Positions 36,311-49,762 are shown, counted from the stretch's first letter. The stretch: DNA of 64,000 nt from Cyanophora paradoxa CCMP329 (GCA_004431415.1 QPMI01000163.1:62001-126000), one strand, 5' to 3'. Numbers and translations are program-made. The notes: generated by a model not told the origin, from the sequence alone.

Positions 36311-39300
36311 CTAGGAGGGGGCGTCGGAGAAGAAGCGGATGCGGCCGTCGAAGGAGGCGGTGGCGAGCTGCGGGTGGAGGGGCGAGAAGGCGACGTCCGA
36401 GACGACGTCCCCGTGGCCCTGCAGCCGCCCCGCCACGCCCCCCGTCCTCATCTCGTACACGTACCCCACCCGGTCCTCGCTCCCCGTCGCCACTGCCCCG
36501 CCCCGACGTTGGTCCCCATCGCGCGCGGGGCGTCGGCGGGGCGGGGCGGGGCGGGCGGGCGGGCGGACCGTAGCGCCCGCAGGGGCTGAAGGCGCACCCG
36601 ACGGGGGCGGCGGAGGAGCGGCACTGGTGGCCCGTGAAGCTGGGGGCGGGGGCGGGTGAGGGGCTGGAGGGGCGGGGCGGTGGGGGCGGGGGCGGGGGCG
36701 GCACCGCATGGCGCAGCGGTTCTGGCGGAGGTCCCAGAGGCGCACGGCGCTGTCGGGCGCGGAGGAGAGGAGGAGGTCGAAGGAGGCGGGCGGGAGGGAG
36801 ACGAAGGGGGAGCTCTCGCGCAGCGCGAGGGCGTGGACGGGGCGGGCGTGGGCGTCGGGGATGAGGCGCGCGCAGGCCCCGCCGTGGGCCATGTCGAGCA
36901 CGGCGAGGGTGCGGTCGGAGCCGGCGGCGAAGAGGAGGCCGGAGAGGAAGGAGTTGGGCGCCGCGAGGGCCGTCACGCTCTGCGCCGCCTCCAGCTGCAC
37001 GGCCTTGACGAGGCGGTAGCGCCCCGCGCCCCGCAGGCGCCGGATGTCGTCCGCCGGCTCCGCGTCGACGCGCCACGCGTAGAGGTGCACGCGCGGCCCG
37101 CTCGCCAGCAGCACGAAGCGGTCCAGGTAGTAGAACTGCGCCGCCCGCACCGCGCTCTTGAACGCCCCCGCGGGGCCCGAGGACGAGGAGGCGGGGGAGG
37201 GCCCGGCGGCCGCAGCAGCCGGGCCCGCCGCGTTGCGCTGCGCGGGGGCGGGTGGGGCGGCTGGGGCGTGCGCGGGGCGGGGCGGGGCGGGGCGGACGGC
37301 GATGTCGCGGAAGACGAGCCAGGGCTCGGCGCGGCCGTCCCCGACGCCCCAGAGGCGCGCCGTGCAGTCCGCCGAGGCCGTCAGCAGCCGCGCCCCGTCG
37401 AAGGAGAGCGCGCACGAAAGCAGCGGCCCGTCGTGCCCCGCGTGCGCCCAGCCCTCCGCCCCGCGCCCCGCCGGCAGCTTCAGGGTTCGCGCCGTGCGGT
37501 CCGCCGAGGCGGTGGCGAGCGTCTTGCCGTCCCCCGAGTAGACGAGGCGGGCGATGGGGCCCCCGTGGACCGCCCCGCCCCGGTTCTCCTGCGGGAAGAC
37601 CAGCGGGCCGCACGAGGTCGGGTACTGCTTCGACCCGACGGGCGCCCGCTCCGCCGCCGCCGCCGCCGCCGCCGCCTTCTTCGCCTTCTCCTTCTGCGCC
37701 TGCGCGACCGACCACGGCACCTCCGCCCCGTACCTGCGCCCCGCAGCCTCCGATCCGCAGCTCGAGCGGGGGGCCGCCGGGGGGCCAGCACACCCGGAGC
37801 TCTTGATGCGGGAGTGGAAGGTCACGGGCTTGTCCCCCGCCCCCTTGCCCTTCCCCTTGGCCCCCGCCCCGCCCTTGGCGCCCGCCGCCGCGCCAGCGCC
37901 CTCTGCGCCGGGTGAGGCGGGGGCGAGCGGAAGGGGCGGGGCGGGCGGGGGCACCGGCGGGGGGCAGCTCGTAGCGGAGGGGGGAGGCCTCCGGGAGGGG
38001 CCCGCGGGGCCACACGGAGAGCTCCTCCCCCGCCTCCTCCCCCGGCCCCTGCGCCCCCCGCGCCGCTCGCCCCGCGCCCGCCGGGGCGAGGGGGCGGGTG
38101 GCGGTGGGCGGGGGGCGGGGGGCGGGCCTGGAGGCGGCGGCGGAGGCGGCCGGCGAGGAGGGCGGGGCGGAAGGCGCAGGCGACGGTGTAGGAGAGCTCC
38201 CCGTGGGACGTCTGCAGCAGCGCGCACGCCGCCAGCGGCCCCCCGCCGCCCCCTCCCCGCCGTCCGGCGCCGGCAGGGGGCGGCGGTGGGAGGGCCCCGA
38301 GCGGGTCGAAGGAGAGGGCGTCAAGGCGGAGGAGGGCCTTGGGTACGGCCACCACCAGCTCCGCCCTCGCCCCGCCCCCGCCCCGCCCTGGCCCCGTGCC
38401 GGTCAGCCCCGCCCCTGCTCGCCGCGGGGGTGGGGGGCGCACGCGGGGGCGCCCGGGAGGGGCGGGGCTTGCGCGGGGGCGCGGGGCGGGGGCCCGGCGC
38501 GCCAGAAGGCGAGGGCGAGGGCGGGGACGCCTCCTCGACCTCCTCCCCGGGGCCCGCGGCGCCGGCCGGGGCCGCCGGCGCCGGCGGGGGCGAGCGCCGC
38601 CACGCCGGCTCCGAGGAGATCACGCGGGGGCCTGCCGCGCGCTCGGCCGGGGCGAGGAGGGGGAGAGGGGAGGAGAGGGGGGCACCTGCGTGCTGCTCGG
38701 GGCCGGGGGCGGCCTCGGCGGCGGCGGCGGCGGCGGCGTCGCGGGCGAGGCGGGCGGCGTCGACGGTGTGGAGGGGCGGAAGGCCAGGGCGCCCGGGGCC
38801 GGGGCCGGGCCGGGGCCGGGGCCGGGGCGGCCTCGAAGAGGAAGAGGCGGCCGTCCTGGGTGCCGAGGGCGAGGCGGGGCCGCTCGGGGTCGCAGGCGAG
38901 GGCGCTGAAGGCCGAGCCGCAGACGACGCCGGAGCGGAAGAGCAGCGCCCCCGCCTCCAGGTCCCACACCTTGAACTCCCGGTCCTCCCCGGCCGACACC
39001 ACCCGCCCCGCCGCCCCCGGGAGGAAGCGCGCAGCCACCACCGCCGCCCCGTGGCCCTCCAGCCGCACCGCCCACTTGCTCTGCCGCCCCCCTCACGAGG
39101 CGGCGGCGGCGGCGGCGGCGGCGGGGCGGGCGGGCGGACGGACGCACGCCGACGGCGAAGACGTGGACCTCGCGGCCGACGCAGGCGGCGATGCGTGCGG
39201 CGTCCGGCGCGAAGCTCACCATCCGCGGTCCCTCCTCCAGCTCCTCGGACCCCGACAGCAGCGTCCCCGTGGGCTTGCCGCCTGCCGGGCCGGCTCAGCG

Positions 39301-39759
39301 GCGGGGCTGCGCTGCACGCTGCATCGCACACCATCGACGAATACCGCGTAGCAGCGATCGAGATCCCACAAAACAATCCCGTCGCGCGAGCCCGTGACCA
39401 GGAGGGCCTTTGCGTCGGCCTTCGATTCGTCGTTAAAAGCCAGCGCGCTGACTCGCGTGCGGTGGCCACCGAGGAAGAGAGGCGCTGCGCTGGGATCTGT
39501 CCAGGCCCACACGTGCGCTCCGTAGTTTCCGGGCGCTGCAGGCGCCTGGGATGCGCAGCCGAAATACTGCGGCCCGCATGCGACGGCTGCAGCCGGCGCG
39601 TGGCCGCAGCTCAGCTCCATGGGCCGCAGTTCACGTCCTCTCCATCGCTAGAGGTGCAACCGAGACCACTTCGGCCCAACTTTGAAGGCGCACGGGGGGG
39701 TATGCGGACTTCGAGCCCGTACGCGTTCCAGCGCTAGCGTCTGCAAGGGCATCTTTCAT
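36311..39759 (-). CDS. WDR27: WD repeat-containing protein 27-like
   Basis: N- and C-terminal WD clusters. KPVTFHSRIKSSG|YG, AQFYYLDRFVLLASG, NSFLS, AHARPVH, VRLWDLR and AFSPLHPQLAT match WDR27 as I recall it. Confidence 0.85.
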
Positions 39760-39889
39760 CGATTGCGCTCGATTTGTTCGGCGTTCGTCGATCGCCTGCA
39801 GCGCTCCAGCGCGCGAGGCGTTTGTGCCTGGCAAAAGTGCATTTTCCCTCGGAGCGGCGTTCGCGCGCTTCCAGCCGTTGCCCCAGCTA

Positions 39890-41439
39890 ATGTACAGCAT
39901 GAGATTCGGTCGTGTTATCGCCGCGGCCCTCGCAGCGGTCGTAGTCTTCTCAGGAGGGGCGCTGACGGGAGCCGCCGGACTGATGTACTTCGGCGAGCGG
40001 AGGCGGCGCAAGCTCGAAGCCGCGGATCGAGAAACGCTAGCGAACGAGCGCTTCCCGTCGGCAGCGGGCGCCCTCGAAGAGGAGCGTCGCGCGTACCTTG
40101 ACTCCCTCCTCCGGCTGCGCAACGGCCTCGTCGTCCTCCAGCCCTCTCCTCCGTGTCTTGTTTCGATGCTGGAATACGATCCGACGAATGCACCCGCGCT
40201 CCGCAGCTTCAAGCCAGTCTCCGCAAACTCGGAGTGCTCTTTCGCACGCTCTGCGGTGCTCTGGGGCAGCCGCGAGCCGCCGGGCGCCGACCCGCGCGAC
40301 GCCGGCTTCGTGCGCGGCGTGGCGGAGTCGTCGCTGCGGGCGCTGGCGCTCTTCTCGGCATGCACGGGCCTCGACGGCTTCCTCTTCGAGCTGCGCGGGC
40401 GCGGCGAGACGCTCGCGTCGATGGCGGAGGCGGTGCGGGAGTGCCTGTGGGCGCTCAGCGAGGGGGATCCCGCGGGGGAGCGCTGCATGCGGGCCCCGCA
40501 CATCGGCGGCCGCGGCTGGCGCTTCGCCTTCTGCAGGCAGGAGTACTTCGGTGCGCCCCGCCCCGCCCCGCCCCCGCCTGCGCCCCCGCCTGCGCCCCTC
40601 GCCCTCGCGCGGCCGACGCCGGCGCCGCCAGTGACGAGCTTCGGGCCGTGCTACCCGAAGGAGAGCCCGCGTTACGCCCACGGCGCCTCCTCCGTCTTCG
40701 TCCTCCTCCAGGTGCCCCCCCGCCCGCCCCGCGCCCGCCCGCCCGGCGGGGCGTGACGGGCGCCCGTGCGATAGCCGTACAGCAGCTTCCTGTGGCAGGG
40801 GGTGGGCGAGGACACGCCGGAGACGGCGTGGGAGGAGCCGCGCACGGCCCGCGACCGCATCCGCGTCGCCTTCCGCCGCGCCGGCCGCCCCTACACCGTG
40901 CCCGCCCCGCCCGCCCCTCCCGCCCCGCCCCCGTCGACGCGCCCGCCCGCGCAGCCGCCGGGGAACCCCGCGGAGCAGCCGGTGGCGCACCTGATCGTGC
41001 GGCCGCTGCGGGAGGGGGACCCCCCTGTCGCCTGGTGGCTCCCCCAGCGCCCGCTGCCCCCGCCCCGGCCCCGGCCCCGGCCCCCGTCATCACGACGTCG
41101 TCGCCGCCCGGCTCGCCGCGGGGGCGCCCCCGGGCGAGCACCCCCGCCTCCTCCTCCACCTTCCAGCCCCTGACGATCTCGGCGCCCTCCTCGCCGGCCG
41201 GCCCCGCCGCCCTCGCCGCCCCCCCGGGCCTCGCCCTCCTCGGCGCCGGCTCGAGCTCGCCCCTGGGGGAGCGGAGCCTCTCGCCGGCCGGCAGCCTGAG
41301 CCCGAGCGTGAGCGCCAGCGGCAGCGGGGGGCCGGGGAGCGGGCAGGGGAGCCCGGGGGCGGGGGCGAGGGGCGGGGGGCCGCTGCGGGGGCCCACCCCG
41401 GGGACGCCGGCCTGGAGCTTCGACCTCCTCAACTACTGA
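39890..41439 (+). CDS. Uncharacterised protein with N-terminal TM helix; probable YqcI/YcgG-like domain
   Basis: SECSFAR..LWG, LDGFLFEL, LWALSEGDP, GWRFAFCRQEYF|VTSFGPCYPKESPRY..VFVLLQ|PYSSF, ARDRIRVAF. Confidence 0.6.
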
Positions 41440-42223
41440 CGCCCCCGCGCACCCGCCGGCACCTGCTGCTCCCGGCCCGAGCCCCGCGCCGACGGCCTCC
41501 GGAGCCTCGAGCTCCCGCCCCGCCCAGCGGCGAGTCGACGTGCGGATGCAGCGCTCGCCGAGTCGTGCCTGAAGGCCTATACGCCCTACACTATGATAGG
41601 CTTACAGGCTAGGGCGTAGGAGTCCGGCCGAGGTCTATAGGCTCAGCTGCTGCAGTGTAGATCTAGAGCTCGAGTCTGGTCTCGGCCTGTCATGATCACT
41701 GTTGCCCATGGGCCACTGGCCAGCAGGCTGGACGACGTCGACGGTCTGACGGTCACCGGTTCCCACCGGGTACCGTCCCGTGCAGGCCCGCGGCCCGGTG
41801 AGGCCCCCTGAGGTACTCAAAGCCTCAGCGCCTGAAGCCTTCAAGGTCACCGGGCTTTCCGGAGCCCGGGAGTTCTTCAAGGTCACCGGGCTTTTCCATA
41901 CTCTGAGAGTTAGCCTCGGATCCGGCCCGGCGGATCCGGAGCCGCTGAGCCTCGGGGAGGGGCCATGGCCCAGTGCTGACTTTCGGATCCGGAGTCAAGC
42001 CTTGGCAAGTGTACCTGTTTCAAGTTTTTTGTGATCATAAGCTGTCATGCGCAAAGCCGCGAACCTCTGAAGTCTTTTTGTACCCTTCTGCACGCGGTGG
42101 GCTGTACCCCTTCGTGTTCACTGTAGGCTCCGAGGCTCCGAGACTCCTCGGGCGTAGCCCACGAGCATGCCGAGGTGCAAGGTGTCCCCTCCCCGGCCCC
42201 CTGATCATGAGCCGCACCCCCTC

Positions 42224-44492
42224 CTAGGGGTGCCCCCTCCCTCGCCGTGGAACTGCGTGCTGGACTTGCCCTGAACCCAGCGGTCGACGTTCGGTGGCGA
42301 GGGAGCTAGGCTGGGTCTGGGGCGGGTGGGGCGGGGCGCGGGGCGGGGGGGGCTCGCGGGGCGCCCTGCAGCCGCGCGAGGGCGGCCTCCAGGCACCTGC
42401 GGGGGCCCCGTCAGCGCCCCCCCGCACCCCCCGCGAGAGCCTCCCCGGGTCCCCGCACCGCCGCCGCCGCTCCCCCGCCTCCTCCTCGTCCTTCTCGGGC
42501 GGTGGGGACTTGGAGGGGGCCCGGGGGGCGGGGCCCGGGGGCGGCGAGGGCCGCGCCCGCCCCGCGAGCGGCCGCTCCTCGTCCTCCCCCTCCTCCTCCT
42601 CCTCGTCCTCGTCCAGCGCGATCACCGGCGGGGCCCCCGCGCCGCTCCTCCCCCCGGCCCCGCCCCCGCCCCCAGGCTGCCGGGGCGGGGTGAGGGGAGG
42701 TGGAGGGGCGGGGCGGGGGCGGGGGCGGGGGTGCGGGCCTCGGGCCGGCCTCGCAGGGGCCCTCCTCCCCCTCGAGGTCCACGGGCAGCGTCTCCTCGTA
42801 GTCCCAGCTCGTCCCCTCGAACCGCCACCCAGCCCCCGCCTCCGCCCCCGCCGCCCCTCCCCCGCCTCCGCCCGCCGCCGCCGCCCCTCCGGAACCCTCT
42901 CCTCGCGCCTCCTCCTCCTCCTCCTCGTCGCTGTCGTCGAGCACAACGATGGGAAGGCACGCCGCCGGCTCGCCGGCCCTCGCTCCGGGCCCCGACCCCG
43001 TCCTCTTTGCCTCGCCGCCGCCGCCGCCGCTGCCGCCGCCGCTGCTGCTTCCAGCGCCGCCGCTGCCGCTGCTGCCTCCGGCACCGGGGCCGCTGCCGCC
43101 GGGGCCGGCGCTGGCGGGGGCCCGCGGGTGGAGGATGTGGCGGGGCGGCCGAAGAAGGAGTCGAGGGTCGGCTGCGTGCCCCCCGCGCCCCCCGACTCCG
43201 CCCCCGGCCCCGCGGGCCGCCCACCCCCGCCCCCGCCCTCCCCTCCCTCCCGCTTGCCCTTCCCCGGTCGCCTCTGCTCGCCGCCGCCGCCGCCGCCGCC
43301 GCCCTTGCGCCTCGCGGGGGCGTTGGAGGGCCCGGGGGCGTCCTCGCCCCCCTTGCGCTTCTTGGGCCTGTACCCCTCCGGCTCCTTGATCTTCACGAAC
43401 TCGCCGCCGCAGTGGCGCTGCGGGGGCGGGGGTGAGGAGGGCGGGGGCGGCACCGGGGCGGGGCGGGCGGGGGCGCGCGAGGTGCATGTGCCAGGCGCAG
43501 CGGGGGTCCGAGCAGGCGAGGCCCCTGTTCGCCCGGAAGCAGTCCTTCTCGGAGGGGGCCCGGTTCATCGACCGCTGCGCCCCTCGCTCGCGCCCCGGCG
43601 GGGGCTCGCGGGGGCTGACGGGGGCGGGGCGCGCCTTGACGACGTTGCGGCAGCGCGGGCACTGCCACCAGTGCACCAGGTAGCTGCCGCGCGGCGGCGT
43701 GTCGGGGGCGCGGCGGCGGGGCCGGGGCGGGCGGGGCGGGCGGGGCGCACAGGTCGACCTCGTCGCGGAAGCTGTGGTAGATGGTGATCTCGTAGCCCTG
43801 CGGCGGGCGGAAGAGGTCCCGCCCCCCGCTCCCGTTGATCCGCCGCATGTGCTGCCCGCCCCGCCTGAGCCGGCCGCCGGCCCCGCGCCCCGGCGCGGGA
43901 GCGGGCGCGCACGGATTGGAAGAGTTCGCCGTGGTCGTTGCGGTCAAGCTTGTAGCCGCCGTTCAGGAACAAGTACGCGTGCTGCGGCGCGGAGGTGAGG
44001 TGCGCGGCGGCGCGGCGGCGCGGCGGCGGCGAGCGCACGATCATCTCGTGCAAGAGAGTGTTCACGAGGTCGGAGTTCGAGCGGAATTTCTGCGGGGCGC
44101 GGGGCCGTGAGGCGTGCGCTGCGCTGTGAGTCAGTTTGGTGAACGCGCACCAGGAGCGGCTCGGAGAGCGTGATGGAGCAGAGGCCGCCTCGGCCCTCGT
44201 AGCGGCACACTCCAGCACAGCGCGTCATCCGCTTCGTGCTCCACTTGACCTCCACGCAGTCCAGCTTGCCTTCGAAGTACCGCTGCCGCGGACGTCTGCA
44301 GGGCACCGGACAGCGCAAGGCGCCAGGAGGGCGCGTACCATGTTGTAGAACTGAAAGAGCTCGCGCACGTCTGCGCAGCGGGGCGTGTGGGCGCTCAGCT
44401 GCCGGCGCATGCGGCCGCTCGGCGCGGCACGTGAGCGCAGCGTGTGAGCGCGCACCAGGAAGGTGCTCCTCGATTGGCGCGAACGAGGACAT
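42224..44492 (-). CDS. SPRTN: SprT-like DNA-protein crosslink metalloprotease (Spartan)
   Basis: DVRELFQFYN|RYFEGKL..VEVKWS..MTRCAGVC, LSEPLL|KFR, TLLHEMI|HAYLF (HExxH), DHG..F, ITIYHSFRDEV, HWWQC..VK|RSMNRAP, HL|RHCGGEFVKIKEP. Confidence 0.93.
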
Positions 44493-44729
44493 CGTCTCGG
44501 CCGGCGTCGCCGCCGCGGCCGGCCAGCGCGCAGCTGCAGTTTTTCGCGGCAACCCCTTTTTCTCCCCCCCTGCCACCCCCCCCCCCTTTTTTTCTCCTCC
44601 GCTTGTGGTGGCGGCGGGGCGGAACTAAGGCCCCTCCAGGGGGCGCTCAAAGAACTAGCGTAGTACAAATGGAGGGGCAGTGGAGGGGGCGGTGGAGGGG
44701 GCGCGGGGAGGGAGGGCTGCCCTCGGGGC

Positions 44730-47078
44730 CTAGCCGAGGCGGGTGAAGCCGGAGGCGACGGGGGGCGCCAGGGACGGGCTCCCCGGCGCCGGCGCCTTGC
44801 CCCCGAGCGCGCCGGGCCCCCCGGGGGCCACCCCCGAGGCCGTCCCCGAGGAGTTCGGGCTCTTGGCTGCGCGCAGGGCGAGTCAGGGGAGAGGCGGGGC
44901 GGGGCGGGGCGGGGCGGGGCGGGCCGAGGAGGTCGAGGGCCTCGGGGGCGGCGGGGGCGCGGCGGGCGGCGAGGCGTGCGTCGAGGGTGCCGCGGTCGAC
45001 GTCGACGAGGCGGAGGAGCGGGACGGGGAGCACGAAGAAGAAGAGGACGGAGAGGAGGCCCCAGCGCAGCGAGCCCGACGCCTGCACCACCGCCGAGACG
45101 AGGGCGGGGCCGAGCAGCGAGGAGCCGCGCTCCGTCATCTCGTAGAAGGCGAAGAACTGGGCCTCCGCGCCGGGGGGGATGAGGTGGGCGAAGGTGGAGC
45201 GGGAGTAGGACTGGAGGGAGCCGAGGTTGAGGCCGAAGAGGGCGCCGAAGAGGTACATCTCCCACGCCGCCTTGAGGCCCACGGGGGACCAGGCGGCGAA
45301 GCCGAGCGCGCCGTACACGGGCAGCAGGGCCAGCAGCGCGAGGTTCGCGAAGAGGATCGTCTTCGGCCGCACGTCCAGCCCGCTGCGCCCCGCCCCCGTC
45401 GGGCCGGGGCGGCGGGGGCGGGGGCGGGGCGGGGGCGGGGCGGGGGCGCGGGGGCGCGGACAACTGGAGGTGGAGGAAGAGGTAGTTGCCGAGGAAGGCG
45501 CAGAGGGGCACCTCGACGAGGAGGCAGGCGAGGGCCACGCCGCGCAGCTCCACCAGCGAGTCCGCCAGCAGCCCCATCAGCGTCGCCAGCGTGTTGTACC
45601 CGTCGCTCCTGCCCCCGCCCCCCTCGCCCCCCGGCGCCGGGCAGGAGGGGGGGCGAGGCGGGGCACCAGACGAAGTAGGCGGCGAGGAAGAGGGCGGTGT
45701 GTGGCAGCGAGCGGATGTTCCCCAGCGTCGCCCGCACTGCGCCCCCGCCCTCAGCGCCGCGGCCGGCGGGGGCGAGGGCGGGTGGGCGGGGCCGGGGCGG
45801 GGCGGGCCCTGGCGGAAGGAGGCGGCGAGGTAGCGCTCGCCGCGGGGCAGGGGGGGGCCCGGGCGCGCGAGGAGCCACGCGAAGGTGAAGAGGGAGAAGA
45901 GGAACCACCAGAGGCCCGCCGCCAGGATGCAGATGCGGTACCCCTCCAGCGTGTCCTCGGAGAGGAGGTAGAGGACCGGCACGGAGACGAGGAGGAGGAG
46001 CATGCCGGCCAGGTACCCCGACGCGAACCCGTAGCTCGACATCTTGTTGCTCACCTGAGCCCGGCCACGTCAGCCCGCAGCCGCCCGCCCCGCCCGGCCC
46101 AGGCCCCGGGGCACCCGCTCGGCGACGATGAGGCTGCGGGGGGCCCGGGCGTGAGGGGCGAGGGCGGGGTCGGGGGCGGGAGGGGAGGCGGCATGGGGGT
46201 GCGCGCGGACCGCTCCTCCTCGCCGAGGGCCTCGGCGGCGCGCACGGTGGGCGTGCTGTCGACCAGCAGCGGCAGGTACGCGTTGTAGAAGATCAGGCAC
46301 GCCCCGTACCTGCGCCCGGCGCTCGCCGCGCCGCCGCGCCGCGCGCGCCGCACGCGCCGCGCCGCGCGCGCACGAGACGTTCGATGCGATGAGGAGGATG
46401 CCGCCGAACCACCAGAGGCCGGCGGAGGCCTGCGGCCGGCTGTCGGGCGGGCGGCGGCGCGCAGGCGGCACGGGGGCCGTGGCGGCGCGCACGAGGCTGA
46501 ACATAAGGACGGTGCCGAGGGAGCCGGCGAGGGAGAAGCCGACGAGGAGGCGCTTCCGCAGGTTACCGTAGTCCGCCATCGCCCCGAGGCACAGGAAGAG
46601 GAGGATCTGCAGCAGGCACGCCACCGACGTGCACTGCCCGCCCCGTCGGCGTCGCCCCGCACAGCGCGCCCCTCCCCCGCCTCCGCCACCGCCCCGGGCG
46701 CACCATAGTGACGAAAGAGACAGGCCGCAGCCCGATGCCGCCGATGTACACGTAGCCTGCGGCCGACGCTCGACGAGCGCGGCAGGGCGGCCGGCGCCCG
46801 CACCGTGCTTGTCGGCGGCAGCGAGCGCGAGGTCCTTGAGCAGATTCGGCAGATAGCCGCCGAGCACGACGGTGCCATAGACGCTGCCGGGCAATCAGCA
46901 ATGGCAGAGTGTCGGCGGCGTTGCATGCTGGCGTCCTGAGGCGTTCGCCGCGACGACGAGCGCGTCGAGGGCGGCGGCGAACGAACCTGCTTGCGAAATC
47001 GTATATGTACCACCCGAACAGCTCCCGCTTCGACGTGAACGGGGCGCGGTTGCCCGCGCCCCCCACCGACGTGTTCAT
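44730..47078 (-). CDS. ATG22: Atg22/UMF1-family MFS transporter
   Basis: ELFGWYIYDFAS, GAMADYGNLRKRLL, FYNAYLPLLV, MSSYGFASGY, GLWWFLFSLFTF, RPGPPLP, SDGYNT, QSYSRSTFAHLIPPGAEAQFFAFYEMTERGSSLLGP. Confidence 0.88.
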
Positions 47079-47282
47079 GCCGAAGACGGGCCCAAACCCC
47101 TCCTGCTTTCGAAGTGCACGCGGACGGGGCGGGTCGAGCGTTTCCCGGCAGCCTCCTTTTCGCGACGGTACCCGTCCCTGTCGACGTCCTTGACTCAAAT
47201 CGCAGCCAGCGCCGGCTCAGGTGAAGAACTCGCGTAAGCCGAGCAAGCAGGACGAAATTGCAACCCAGCTGAGCCGCGGGAG

Positions 47283-48821
47283 ATGGAAGGAGGCGATGCG
47301 GAGGCGCGGCCCTCCAGCTCCACCGCAGTGCCGATCCTGCAGCTGAAGAAGAAGTACATATGCGTCGGTGCGCATCGCCCGCTCCGCAGCCTTCGCGGCG
47401 CTCTCACGCCGCTCACCCCAGGCTGCGGCAAGGAGGACCCCGAGCTTGTAGAAGGTAGGTCGCCCAGGCAACAACGCCGCTATTGCCGCCTCGTGGCGAC
47501 GTGCCGCATCTTGTGGCGGCGTCGGGGTCTGGGAGCGTTCACACTTGGCGCGCAGCGATGCGCGAAGGCGACATGGTGTGCAGCGCGTGCGGCGCTGCAT
47601 GTCCAGACAGGATCATCGACGAGCACTCGGAGTGGCGCACATTCGCGAACGACGACGGCGGCGTGGACCACAATCGAGTTGGCGCGGCCAACAACCCGCT
47701 CTTGCAGGGCGGCGGTCTCTCCACGACCATTGGCAAAGGAGCTGGATCTGAGCAGCTACAAAAGCTACAGAGCCGCAACGTTCGCCCGAGCGGTGCCGCG
47801 CGTCCTCTCCGCTGGCTGACGCAGCCGCAGGTCTCCTCGCAAGACAAGCGGATGCTAGATGCGATCAAATCCATCTCGAAGATGGCGGACATGATAGATT
47901 TGCCACAGACCGCGCGAGTGCGCGCGGGCGCCGCCGCGGGCGCCGCGGGCGGCGGGATGAACGGGGGTGGCAGGATCGCGCCGCCGAGATCTACTTCCAG
48001 GTGCAGAAGGCCGGCTGCTGCAAGGGGCGGCCCCACGAGGCCGTCGTCGCCACCGTCATCCACATCGCGTGCCGCATGGAGAACTTCGCCCGCACCTTCA
48101 AGGGTGCCCCCGCGCCCCCGCGTCGCCCCCGCGCGGGGCGTGCGCGACGCGCCCCGCAGAGGTGTGCGCCCTGACGACCCTCGAGAAGAAGGACATCGGC
48201 CGCTGCTACAGGCTCGTCGAGCAGGCGAGCTCTTCGGGCCGGCGGCGGGGCGCGGGGCCTCACGCGGGGGGGCCCGCCGGCAGACGCTGAAGCGGACGGG
48301 GTACCTGTCGGACGCGGCGGTGGGGGCGTTCAAGGCGGAGGACATCCTGCCGCGGTGGTGCAGCCAGCTGGGGATCCCCGAGAAGCAGCAGCGCTCCCTC
48401 GTGCGCGCCGCCGACGACCTCACCCGCCGCGCCATCGACCACGGCTGCGTCCGCGGGTCCGCCCCCGCCCCCGCCCCGGCCCCGCCCCGGCCCCGGCCCC
48501 GCCCCGCTGCCCGGTGCCGAGCGGGGGGCAGGCGGGGCCCGGCGACGGTGGCGACGGGGGCGCTCTACATGCTCGCGCACCTCGCCGGCATCAAGTGCCC
48601 CGCCCGCGGTGCGCCCCCCGCGCGGGGCCGGTGTCGGGGGCGGGGCCGACGCCGGGGGGCCGGGGCCGGGGGCAGAGCTGGGGGAGATGGCGGGGCTCTC
48701 GGAGTCGACGGTGCGGCAGGTGTACGGCGACATCTGGCAGCCGCGCATGGAGCTCGTCCCCGACTACTTCTGCCCCAACCGCGACTCCGTCGACCGCCTC
48801 CCCAAGTCCCTCTCCCTCTAG
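47283..48821 (+). CDS. TFIIB: General transcription factor TFIIB
   Basis: Zn ribbon C-V-G-C...GDMVCSACG, B-reader IIDEHSEWRTFAND..RVG..NPLL, cyclin repeats (IACRMENFARTFK|EVC, DILPRWCSQLG, GLSESTVRQVY). Confidence 0.93.
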
Positions 48822-49762
48822 CTCGCCCCCGGCCCCCGCCCCGCCCCGCCCCGCCCCCTCCCCTCGTGCACCTTCCCGAATTCAAGCGCGAAACGAGCGT
48901 CGGATCCGGAGGCAGCGACGAGCGCGCTGCCGTCACGGCATGCGCTCGCCATCGTGAGCTGGGTGGGCGCCTGCACCATAGCAATTCATGATCAAGTGCA
49001 ATCGATATCGCCGCCGCGGCCGCGCGCCCAGCGCAAGCTTGAAGGCTCTCAAAATTTAAATGTTCACCGTAAACGTTAACGGTCACGATCATTGCTCGTA
49101 GCTCCATGCGCGGCTGATTTCTTATTCGTCCAACACTTGATCTACTGGGCCAATGCTATTATGCGTCCTTATTTTAAGCAGAAGGCTAGCTATTTTTTTT
49201 TTTTTTTTAAGATCTACGGTGGGCGTGCCCACTCGTAGTACACAACGAGGATACAAGTCACGGTATCGGGAATCACAGGGATTCGAAGTACAACGTAGCG
49301 GAAACAGCAGGATCCGAACCCGGGAATCCGGGAGGTCGTAGCACGACCTTATACCACTGCGCTAAAGCGCGGGCAAGAAGGCTAGCTAGCTAGCTCGCAC
49401 AAGCAATATATATGTACAAAAAAAATGCGAAGTTGTAGATACCTGCATACACACAAAATACTGATATCGATACATGTACAAGCCCCTCCCCGCTAGCGCT
49501 AACTATAACTGCCGTTGGGTCTGCTACTCTAGCAATAACTAAAATGGCCAGCTGCCAGGGCTGCAGTGGTTGCAATTTAACAGTCGTGGCCATGAGCGAC
49601 CAAGCACGAATCAAAAGATGGTGGCAGAGGCTAATTATATAAGCGAATCTGAATCATCAAAGAAAGGGGGTCGGTGTCACGACCGAATCATTGAATACTA
49701 TGATATTGAAATGCATAGAATTCGAAATTAGATACACCGAGGCCACTGGCCATGGGCCACGC

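Noticed and set aside
27549-47078. Hydrolase, GNAT, ALDH, deaminase, YqcI-like protein and MFS transporter as a biosynthetic cluster
   Set aside because: They are interleaved with housekeeping genes (WDR27, SPRTN), there is no scaffold-forming enzyme, and several have ordinary conserved roles.
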